Assembly (NCBI RefSeq): GCF_964213995.1
Contig: NC_135809.1
Coordinates: 102,114,001 to 102,178,000 of the forward strand
Direction: 5' to 3'
Origin: Mustelus asterias
Lineage: Eukaryota
DNA length: 64,000 bases
Shown: piece after piece, positions 41,765 to 51,969 of the stretch
Layout: every line of letters starts with the position of its first letter
Numbering within the stretch: the stretch's first letter is position 1
Translations under genes and position numbers: made by a program
The notes under the pieces: model-generated
The model's database searches: none
Seen by the model: only the letters and a program-made list of their open reading frames with translations
Told to the model about the DNA's origin: nothing

Positions 41765-43757
41765 TTTAATTCATTCATGGGCCACCATTTATTGCTCATC
41801 TCTAATTGCTCTCGATAATGTGATGAGCTGCCTTATTGAGCTGCTGCAGTCCAGATCATGTAGGTACACCCACAGTACTGTTAGTTCCAGTAATTTGACC
41901 CAGCAACATTGAAAGAATATATTTCCAAGTCAAGATGATGAGTGACTTGGAGGGGAACTTGCAGGTGGTGGTGTTCCCATGTATCTGCTGCCCTTGCCCT
42001 TCTAGATGGCAGTGGTCATGGGTTTGGGATGTACTAGGGAGCCATGGCGAGTGGCTGCAGTGCATCTTTGTAGATGGTACACACTGCTGCCATTGGGCAA
42101 CGGAACTAGATGTTAAAGGTGGTGGATGGGGTGCCATTTAAGCAGGCTGCTATGTCCTGGATGGTGTCGAGCCGCACTCATCCAGGCAAATGGAGAGTAT
42201 TCCATTATACTCCTGGCTTGCGCCCTGTAGATGGTGGACAGGCCTTGGGCAGTCAGATGGTGAATTACTCACCACAGAATTCCTAGCCTCTGACCTGCTC
42301 TTGCAGCCACGGTATTTGTATGGCTAGTCCAGTTCAGTTTCTGGTCAATGTTACCCATCAAGATATTGATGGTGGGAGATTCGGCAATGATAATGCCATT
42401 GAATGTCATGGGGTGATGGTTAGATTTCCTCTTGTTGGAGATGGTCACTGTCTGTCACTTGTGTGGTGCGAATGTTACGTGCCACTTGTCAGCCCAAGCC
42501 TGAAGATTATCCAGGTCTCGCTACATTTGGACATGGACTGCTCCATTATGAGGAGTTACAAATGGTGCTGAACATCCTGCAATCATCAGCCAACATCTCC
42601 ACTTCTGACGTTATGGTGGAAGAAAGATGATTGAAGCAGCTGAAGATGGCTGTGCCTAGGACAGTACCCTGAGGAACTCCTGCAGTTGTGTCCTAGGAAT
42701 GAGATGATTTACCTCCAACAACTCAAAAGTCTTCCTTTGTGCTAGGTATGACTCCAACCAGCAGGAGACTCCCATTGACTCCAATTTTGCTCGGACTCCT
42801 TGATGTCGCACTCAGTCAAATACTGCCTTGATGTAATGGCAGTCACTCATGTCTAAAGTTCAGCTCTTCTTTCCATGTTTGAATTAAAAGCGTAATGCAG
42901 TCAGGTGCGGAATGATCCTGGTAGAAACTGAGCATCAGTCAGCAGGTCATTACTGAAAGAGTGCCGCTTGATAGCATCGCCGATGACCCTTCCATCATTT
43001 TACTGATGATCGAGAGTAGACTAATAGAGCAGTAATTGGCTGGGTTGGATTTGTCCTGTTTCTTGTGGCCAGGACAGACCTGGGTAAGTTTCCAGATTGC
43101 TGGGTAGATGCCAGTGTTGTAGCTGTACTGGAACTGCTTGGCTAGGGGCGTGGCAAGTTCTGGAGAACAAGTCTTCAGTACTATTGCCAGAACATTATTG
43201 GACACATAGTCTTTGCCGCATCCAGTGCCTTCAACCATTTATTGATATCACATGAAGTGAATCAAATTGGTTGAAGACTGGCACCTGTGATGTTGGAAAC
43301 CTCCAGGAGAGATTGAGATGGATCATCTACTCAACATTTCTGGCTGAAGACTGCTGCAAATGATTCCCTCTCATCTTTCACAATGATTTGCTGGGCTCCC
43401 ACATCATGGAGGATGAGGCTATTTGTGGAACCTCCTCCTCTAGTGAGCTGTCCACTACCTTCATGACTGGGTGTGACAGCACTTGAGAGCTTAAGATCTG
43501 TTCTGTAGGTTGTGGATTGCTTAGCTGCATCTATTGCATGCTGCTTAGCACACAAGTCCTGTGTTGTCACTTCACCAGGTTGGCACCTCATTTTTAGGTG
43601 CTGCTCCTGGCAAGGCATCTTGCACTCTTCATTGGACCAGGGTTGATCCCTTGACTTAATGGTAATGGTAGAATGGGGGATATGCCAGGCCAAGGTTACA
43701 GATTCTAGTTGAGTACAATTCTGCTGCTGCTGCCCCACAGCGCTTCATGGATACCAA
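41765..43757 (-). mobile_element. CR1-group LINE (second, older family), degenerate ORF2 and 3'UTR
   Basis: KTCSPELATPLAKQFQYSYNTGIYPAIWK...DKSNPANYCSISLLSIISKMME. Confidence 0.75.
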
Positions 43758-43851
43758 CATCTAGAAAACATATACTCAGTAGTCTGGAATGTTTAACTCA
43801 AACCTGTCTTGGGCTCTGTTGCACATTGTTTCTAGACAGTTAATAACTTAC

Positions 43852-43933
43852 CTGCTTGCCTTACAGTCAAATCCAATTGGTCTGACATTGTAATTTGAAG
43901 CAGAGTCGATACAAAGGTAACAGCTTTGTTGGC
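43852..43933 (-). CDS. IPO7: Importin-7 exon 2 (ANKAVTFVSTLLQITMSDQLDLTVRQA)
   Basis: 82 nt, tacag| and |gtaagt, frame continuous with exons 1 and 3; importin-beta N-terminal domain. Confidence 0.95.
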
Positions 43934-44209
43934 CTGTAATGTACAAAGATAAAAATCTATTAAACATGTATATTTGAGTGATACAACAACTTAAAACTTA
44001 AATGCAGATAACAATTTTATACTAAGACATGGGGAAGCAGAACTGAGAAACATTTGTGATTTGATCATCTGATGTTAAAAGTGCTTCCATCATGACTCAA
44101 TGGAATGCAAAACGACCTCATATTCTAGCCTATCCTACAATATGTCATAACTTTAATATGCATGATCTTTAATCTCAGATATGAAGTCCCTGTATGATAC
44201 TCCCTCTCT

Positions 44210-44478
44210 GGGCAGCACAGCACCACGGACTCGGATTCGATTCCCGGCTTGGGTCACTGTCTGTGTGGAGTTTGCACGTTCTCCTCGTGTCTGTATGGGT
44301 TTTCTCCAAGTGCTCCAGTTTCCTCCCACAGTCCAAAGATATGCGGGTTAGGTGGATTGGCCATGCTAAATTGCCCCTTCGTGTCAGGAGGCCCAGCTAG
44401 GGTAAATGCATAGGATTGTTGTTGGTGCAGACCCAATGGGCCAAATGGCCTCCTCTGCACTGTAGGATTCTATGATTC
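44210..44478 (+). mobile_element. HE1-type V-SINE with internal deletions
   Basis: Core and tail match other copies. Confidence 0.8.
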
Positions 44479-46159
44479 TCTCAAAATTCCAGTTATATTA
44501 GCTAATATGATTGAGGCAATTTACTGCTGAATGTTGCTTTATGCTGCAAATTCCTTCCCAAGGACTAGCCTGATATTGCTCAAACTCATTTCATGCAGAA
44601 CTTCTACACCCAAGGTACTTTCATTCCATCAGTTTATCTCGATATGAACCTAACCAGGAATGAAAGAACAGCGTGCAACACAATCTTCCTATTCAAATCC
44701 CTGATTTCTCGCAATGCAATGGTATTATCCTGTACAAAATGTTAGAAACAAAATTTTCAAAACATTCATTGCCACATTTCCAATTTTTCCTAAAAAGGTG
44801 CTAACTCTTGCTGGTGGATGGTTAAACAGAGATCTCGTGCACCATCAAGTGGTCATTGGTTATGTGTGAGCATTAGCAATCTATTCAACATTGGACAACA
44901 TTCTCATTAAATCCAAACCTATTCTTACATGCTACCTATACTATTCAGTCAGGTTATACTGGACATCAATCAGGAACACGGTCATCAGTTGTCATCGCAA
45001 CTGTCATCTCTATTAGCACAAACTCAGAACCAAAATAGTCCAAGTGAAAAGCAAATTATGATAGAGTTTGGAAATGAAACAAAACAGGAAGTGCTAGAAT
45101 CACACACCAGGCAGGACCCGTGCAAGTTAAGATTTCAGGTGCAGACCCTTTTTGAAACTGACACATGAACAAGCATATAAATACAAAGATACATTAGAGA
45201 CAGATGGATGAGCAAATAGCCATGGGCATGTGGATTTTGGAGTAATGAAATACATGGAAAACCTGAAAGTCATGTTGGAATTTTTGCATGTTTGCAAATG
45301 AAGACATCTGAAGTGTGAAGCTCCTGAAATCAATGTTCATACTAAACATGTTCTTTATGAAGAAATTGGTAGTCAATCCTTAAGAACATATTGAAAATGC
45401 ATTTAACAAGAAGTCCAAAGATCCTGTATGACACAACTGTCAAATTTATTAGAATACAGCACTGTTGGATTACTAACTAACTTACTGGGTGAGAGGGATT
45501 TGTCTTTTCAACCCAAGGTACAACTGCACTACATCTGTGTTCTGGAGTAGTCAGCTCCACCTCAGTCCCATATAGATACAGTAATCATGAGTGCAATTGG
45601 CCAAAATATTAAATGTTTAATTGAAAGTTAAAATTACTGTCATAGATGAAAATTAAGAGTTTCTACAGGATAGTTAAAGCCAATCTGCAGTCACATGAGA
45701 ATAATGTGTTGACTAAGTTAAACATACTTAGCAAGAGATGGGAAAGTTTGTGAATCGTATATATCATTGCTTTTCTTACAGTAAAGACAGAAAAGCACTT
45801 TGTTACATCATGCATATTTCAACTAATGTTTCTACGAAGACATTTTGACATAAGGATCATTTCCAGTGATTGATGCACAAATTTATATTTTATGCAATAC
45901 ATGCACACATTACGTTTTGATTTTACTTGTTCATGTAGCTGTCAGCATAGCCATATAATATGAAAATATTTTCTGAAATTGGCGACGACAGAAATCAGGT
46001 TAGAATTGTTCAGTAAAAGACATTCAGCTGTTCGTGACAAACCTGAAAGACAGGTTATTTCAAGTTTGGCCTAAAATCATAATTGCTCCAAAATATCCAA
46101 ACAGATTTGAAATGCATATAGATTCTGAAACCAGGACTCAATGTTTCCTTGTTAAGTGA

Positions 46160-46985
46160 ATCATAAGACCATAACCATAAGACCATAAGGCATAGGAGCA
46201 GAATTAGGCCACTCGACCCAGCGAGTCTGCTCTGCCATTCAATCATGGCTGATATTTTTCTCATCCTCTGCCTTTTCCCCATAATCCCCGATCTCCTTAT
46301 TAATCAAGAACCCATCTATCTCTGTCTTAAAGACACTCAATGACCTGGCCTCTACAGCCTTCTGGGCGGCACGGTAGCACAGTGGTTAGCACTGCTGCTT
46401 CACAGCTCCAGGGTCCCGGGTTCGATTCCCGGCTCGGGTCACTGTCTGTGTGGAGTTTGCACATTCTCCTCGTGTCTGCGTGGGTTTCCTCCGGGTGCTC
46501 CGGTTTCCTCCCACAGTCCAAAGATGTGCGGGTTAGGTTGATTGGCTAGGTTAAAAAAAAATTGCCCCTTAGAGTCCTGGGATGCGTAGGTTAGAGGGAT
46601 TAGTGGGTAAAATATGTGGGGGTAGGGCCTGGGTGGGATTGTGGTCGGTGCAGACTCGATGGGCCGAATGGCCTCCTTCTGCACTGTAGGGTTTCTATGA
46701 TTCTGCGGCAAAGGGTTCCACAGATTCACCACTCTCTGGCCGAAGAAATTCCTCCTCACCTATTTTAAAGGATTGTCCCTTTAGTCTGAGGTTGTGCCCT
46801 CTGGTTCTAGTTTTCCGACTAGTGGAAACATCCTCTCCACGTCCACTCTAACCAGGCCTCACAGTATCCTGTAAGTTGCAATAAGATCCCCCCTCATCCT
46901 TCTAAACTCCAACAAGTACAGACCCAGAGTCCTCAACTGTTCCTCATACGACAAGCTCTTCATTCCAGGGCTCGTTCTTGTGAAT
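46160..46985 (-). mobile_element. CR1 LINE 3' fragment containing a SINE insertion
   Basis: RRNFFGQRVVNLWN remnant; (ccataaga)n tail at 46161-46190. Confidence 0.75.
46364..46704 (+). mobile_element. HE1-type V-SINE, full length and young
   Basis: GGGCGGCACGGTAGCACAGTGGTTAGC head, intact CpGs, tail; inserted in a CR1. Confidence 0.9.
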
Positions 46986-47303
46986 CAAAACTTAATAGTA
47001 ATAGCAGTTACATCAAGTGCACTTCCCAACAGATTCCACAAATACTTCTTTCAAAATTGAAACATCATATCCTGAGGCCTAGTTTGATAGTACAGATTAA
47101 AAACAACTGAATTCTCACAAACTAGAATCGAGATCCAAGATGAATCAAGTGTGGGAGACTGGAGGGCAAAGAGAAGCTATGGGGAGAATAAAATCTAGGA
47201 CTCCTACCCTAACTGTTGTTATACTACAGTTCAGTAACCTAGCAGTCACTGCCAAAGATTAAATTAATACCAGTTAAGTTTCTCACATCCGATAGCTGGT
47301 CCC

Positions 47304-47640
47304 CATAGAAATCATAGAAACCCTACAATACAGAAAGAGGCCATTCGGCTCATCGAGTCTGCACCGACCACAATCCCACCCAGGCCCTACCCCCATATCT
47401 ACCCACTAATCCCTCCAACCTACGCATCTCAGGACACTACGGGTAATTTTTAGCATGGCCAATCAACCTAACCCGCACATCTTTGGACTGTGGGAGGAAA
47501 CTGGAGCACCTGGAGGAAACCCACGCAGACACGAGGAGAATGTGCAAACTCCACACAGACAGTGACCCAAGCCGGGAATCGAACCCAGGTCCCTGGAGCT
47601 GTGAAGCAGCAGTGCTAACCACTGTGCTACCGTGCCGCCC
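47304..47640 (-). mobile_element. HE1-type V-SINE, full length and young
   Basis: Reverse complement nearly identical to 46364-46704. Confidence 0.9.
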
Positions 47641-48866
47641 CCTTGAAGACGGTCAGTCACCTGTCGGCTACAGGTGACAGATTACTGTACCATGGGAGTA
47701 TCTATCAGCATTCATGACTAATAGTTGCTTGAACAAGTACCAAAGGGAGGTGGCATCTATGAGCCAAAATCTAATGAAAGGATAAATCGTCTTCAAGAAA
47801 GGATGGGATAAAAGTAGCAAAAAGAGGAAACAAATATATTTTCTTAAAATGCTCAAGCTTTCTTCACAACTTATTAGAACTGTGTATTTATAATAGATAT
47901 CAGATCAATGCTCTTCTTCATTACATAGAAAGTACTATCAGACAGATAGGACACTACATTGGTCCACTAGATAGGTTATCAAGCTGCAGTTTACAAGGAA
48001 TTTGATTTAATATTTAAATCCAGATTGCTCAAATGCTACAGCAATGCATACAAGAAATGTTTTGTGCCAAGCTAATGGTTGCTTTATCAACTCAAGTCTG
48101 CACATAAACTGTAAGACTTCCCTTTATGTCCTCCATCCCCGTCATAAAATCTGCAACATTCAGTTGAGAACGAGAGCACTTGTAAATGCTACAGAGGTTA
48201 GTGCAAGTTCCATTCTTTACTCATTCTCAGTGAAGGCAAGCTCTACAGTCCCCTAACAAACTTGCAGTGTCAGAGGGGGAAAAGCCACATTTGGCAGGAG
48301 GCTTACAAGCAAAATAAATAAATGGGGGTGGGGCAAAAGGTGAAGATATAGATGAGGTTGAAACCCTGTTCAAAAAACAGCTGGCTCTGAACTTTGACAA
48401 AAGAACACTGTACTTCAATGTTTCAGCCACAATTTTATTTGCTTAACAAATTAGGAAGATGAGGATTGTGAGGACCAATGTTGTAGCCGCATTCCCTCTA
48501 TATACACATAATAAAAGTTCGCAATCCACTTGATGCATGAACCAGCAAAGCTCGACATGACGAGCCTGGCGTAAATTCTAACTCAACAGACGCCCTAACA
48601 AGTGATTCAGTTTACCTTGATGGGCAAAGGGAAGGCAATAACCCGCGGGCTAGAGGTCACTAAATTGGCCCAAAGAAGATCGCGGACCGTTACGTGCGAT
48701 TTTAGGCGTGAGAAAGGCGAATCACTCTAACATGTCTGCCGGCAGCAGGCGGCCACTGAGCGGACGCGGCACGGGCGCCGGGGCCGAGGCCGCCAGCCCG
48801 AACATTTCACAACTCGACGCAGAGCGAGCGACACCTGCAAGGAGCCGGGAAGTGGGCCGCGGTTAC

Positions 48867-48950
48867 CTCGTTGAGCTGTCGCTCGGCCGCCTCCCTGAGC
48901 GCAGGGTCCATGGTCCCCCTCAGGGCCTCGATGATCTTAGCCGGATCCAT
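48867..48950 (-). CDS. IPO7: Importin-7 coding exon 1 ([28 protein letters not shown])
   Basis: ATG at 48950-48948, 84 nt, donor GAG|gtaacc. The peptide matches the recalled IPO7 N-terminus (not IPO8). Lies in a CpG island. Confidence 0.96.
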
Positions 48951-49123
48951 TGGAAGTTTCTCTGCCGCGCTCTGGAAGAAAATCGACGTTCAGTTGTTTT
49001 TTTTTAATTTTTTTTTCAAAGTCCCCTCTCTCCTCCTTTCCTTCTAATTATATATTTTTTAATATTATATAAGCGGGTGTTGTGCTCGCTGGGCCGCTCC
49101 TGCCTTGCCGCTCACTCGGCCTC

Positions 49124-49147
49124 TCAGCGAGCGGCCGATGCGCACAT
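49124..49147 (-). other. Candidate uORF MCASAAR* in the IPO7 5'UTR
   Basis: ATG TGC GCA TCG GCC GCT CGC TGA between the TCT-like start and the main ATG. Confidence 0.5.
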
Positions 49148-49310
49148 GGAAGCTGCGCTTCAACAGCCGCCGGCGCCAAAGGAAGAGCGTCGCGCGCCGA
49201 GCCCGGATACACGGGCGCGAGAGCTCCCGTCATCAGCCGGCCGGCCGGCCCACTCACCACCTTCCGCTTTCCCAGCCCACATCCTGCCGCCTCTGCCTGC
49301 GCGCGGCACC

Positions 49311-49324
49311 TGGGAAATGTAGTC
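49311..49324 (-). promoter_or_regulatory. ZNF143/THAP11(Ronin)-HCFC1 motif (GACTACATTTCCCA)
   Basis: Exact fit to the ACTAYRnnnCCCR consensus, about 125 bp upstream of the putative TSS. Confidence 0.7.
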
Positions 49325-49475
49325 CCCCACCACCTCCTTTGAGCGCAGGCACATCCTGCAGTCTGCAAAAGACAGGTGTAGTCAGCCGGCGTACACTGTC
49401 TGTACTCATCAGTTAACACTCGTGATTACCTGTGAGTGTCCGGCGGCTATTGTCACTCTGCCTATACATTCCGTG

Positions 49476-49977
49476 TAAGAAACTCACAACACCAGGTTAA
49501 AGTCCGACAGGTTTATTTGGTAGCAAAAGCCACTAGCTTTCCGAGCGCTGCTCCTTCGTCAGGTGAGTGGGAGTTCTATTTGGAGATCCTCTCCACCGCA
49601 AACTGCCGGTTCCAAGTGGGGAGGATCTCCAAATAGAACTCCCACTCACCTGACCAAGGGGCCACAAGCGCTCCAAAAGCTACTGGCTTTTGCTACCAAA
49701 TAAACCTGTTGGACTTTAACCTGGTGTTGTGAGACTTCTTACTGTATTTACCCCAGCCCAACGCCAGCATCTCCACATCATGACTACCATCGACACCGCA
49801 AACTGCCGGTTCCAAGTGGAGAGGATCTCCAAATAGAACTCCCACTCCATCTGACGAAGGGGCAGCGCTCCGAAAGCTAGTGGCTTTTGCTACCAAATAA
49901 ACCTGTTGGACTTTAATCTGGTGTTGTGAGACTTCTTACTGTGTTTACCCCAGTCCAACACCGGCATCTCCACATCA
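49476..49977. mobile_element. Penelope-like non-coding insertion: inverted partial unit plus two tandem ~200-bp units with hammerhead motifs
   Basis: caccgcaaactgccgg recurs at 49594 and 49794 (period 200). 49476-49593 is the reverse complement of the unit. Flanked by tata(c/t)attccgtg at 49463-49475 and 49978-49990. Confidence 0.8.
49847..49883 (+). ncRNA. Minimal type I hammerhead ribozyme motif
   Basis: CCAU-CUGACGA-A-GGGGC-AGC-GCUCC-GAAA-GC-UA-GUGG. Confidence 0.6.
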
Positions 49978-49990
49978 TATATATTCCGTG

Positions 49991-50130
49991 CCTCTCTCCA
50001 CTTCACCCGACGAAGGAGCAGCGCTCCAAAAGCTTGTGATTTCAAATAAACCTATTGGACTGTAACCTGGTGTCGTGTGACCTCTCATCTGGCCCACCCC
50101 AGTCCAACACTGGCATCTCCATATCACATT
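49991..50130 (+). mobile_element. Older, diverged Penelope-like terminal unit (host of the 49476-49977 insertion)
   Basis: Degenerate hammerhead (cccgacgaaggagcagcgctccaaaagcttgtg), AATAAA and the same 3' tail. Confidence 0.7.
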
Positions 50131-50369
50131 CTGCAAAGGGAGATGTGCCTGGAGGCCGCACGTGGTTGTCATTCTCCCCCATCCCCCGGCTTGTGACTTT
50201 TTCTTTTCATTGACTTTGTATGTAAAAGCACACCAGCCACAAGTTCTCAGTTCAATTTCTCATAAGTGCCCACTTGCAGGACCTTCCTTTCAAAGGTCAG
50301 AAGGGTGTATACTTGCCCTTGCATAGTGTACAGCCACATTTGCCACTCCTTAAACACAGAAGCAGTTCA

Positions 50370-51355
50370 TGTCTGAATGCAGCAAGACATTGACAATATC
50401 CAGGCTTGGGTGTGTGGAGTTTGCACGTTCTCCCTGTGTCTGCATGGGTTTCCTCCGGGTGCTCCAATTTCCTCCCACAGTCTGAAAGACGTGCTGGTTA
50501 GGTGCATTGGCCATGCTAAATTCTCCCTCAGTGTACTCGAACAGGTGCTGGAGTGTGGCAACTAGGGGATTTTCACAGTAACTTCATTGCAGTGTTAATG
50601 TAAGCCTACTTCTGACAATATTAAATAAACAAAAAATAAATGGCAAGTGACATTCACATCACATGAGGACCAGGCAATGATTATCTCCAACATCACCCCT
50701 TGACATTCAATGGCATTGCCATCGCTGAATCCCCCACTGTCAACATGCCCGGGGTTACCATTAGCCAGAAACGAAACTACACCAGCCATATAAATACTGT
50801 GGCTACAAGAGTAGGTCTGTGGCGAGTAACTCACTTCCTAACGCCCCAAAACCTGCCCACCATCTACAACGCAGAAGTCAGGAATGTGATGGAATACTCT
50901 CCACTTGCCTGGATGAGTGCAGTTCCAACAACACACAAGAGACGCAACACAATCCAGGGCACCTCATCCTCCATTTTCAAAATTCACTCCCTCTATCATT
51001 AATGTACAGTGGCAACAGGATGTACTATCTACAAGATGCACAACAGCAACTCACCAAGACCCTCTATCACCTGGAAAGACAAGAAAAGCAAATGCATGGG
51101 CAAATGCATGGGTACACCACCAACTGCAAGTTCCCCTCCCAAGCCACCCATCCTCCTGATATGGAACTAAAACCCTGTTCCTTCACTATTGCTCGGTCAA
51201 AATCCTGATCTCCCTCCCTAACAGGACTGTAGGTGTACCTATATCACATGGACTGCCATGGTTCAAGAAGACAGCTCAACACCACCCTCTCAAGGGCAAT
51301 TAGGGCAGGGTAATAAAAATGCTGGCCTAGCCAGTGATGCCCACATTCTATGAAA
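50370..51355 (+). mobile_element. CR1-group LINE (second family) 3' fragment with nested SINE
   Basis: MQQDIDNIQAW...EVRNVMEYSPLAWM remnants. Confidence 0.7.
50411..50640 (+). mobile_element. V-domain SINE (alternative tail), 5'-truncated
   Basis: Matches 1925-2133. Confidence 0.75.
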
Positions 51356-51969
51356 GAATAAAACAAAACAAATGGACTGATTCAATTGACCTCAGTGCCT
51401 TGGTCAAGTCAAGTGACTCTTGCTAGAAAATATTGATATTCACTGAGGACAGGAATGGATTCACCCATGGTGAGCTTTATAGTCAAATAAACTGGCATAG
51501 ATTTACCCTTTCATGGGATATGGGCATTGCTGGCAAGACCAGAACCCACCATTTATCCTCAATTGCCCCTAAGAAGAAAATGGAATGTCACCCACTTGAA
51601 CCATTGCAGTGTGTATGTGGTGAGGGCACACATGAGATGTTGTTACATATGGAGTTTCAGGATTTTGACCCAGGAACAATGAAGGAACAAGGCAATATGT
51701 TTCCAAGTCAGGATGGTATGAAATTTGGAGATGGCCTTGGAGATGGTGGTGTTCCAATGTACTACTTCCCTGATCCTTCTAAATAATAGAGATTGTGGGT
51801 TTGAGAGGAACTGACAAAGAAACCTTGGTGTGTTGCTGCTTGAAAAGTGTAGATGGAACACACTGCAGCCAATATGTGGCAGTGGTGAAGGGAATGAAAT
51901 TGTAGGGTTTGAAGCACCAAATGATCTGTTTCTGAGTAAAAGCAGCAGAATCAGAGAATCCCTACAAGG

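Larger units (their letters stand above)
48640..49400 (-). promoter_or_regulatory. CpG-island promoter and 5'UTR of IPO7
   Basis: Sharp rise in GC and CpG around exon 1. Minus-strand CTCTTCCTTT (49187-49178) is a TCT/TOP-like start; ETS-like CGGAAG at 49266-49261. Confidence 0.85.

Noticed and set aside
46364-46440. tRNA genes at SINE 5' ends
   Set aside because: A/B boxes are present but continue into the SINE core; these are tRNA-derived heads
48708-49419. Several overlapping 64-123-aa ORFs at the IPO7 promoter
   Set aside because: Expected by chance in stop-poor GC-rich DNA; low-complexity Ala/Arg/Pro/Gly content
49476-50130. CRISPR-like or satellite array
   Set aside because: Eukaryotic context, no short repeat and unique spacer pattern; explained by tandem and inverted Penelope-like units
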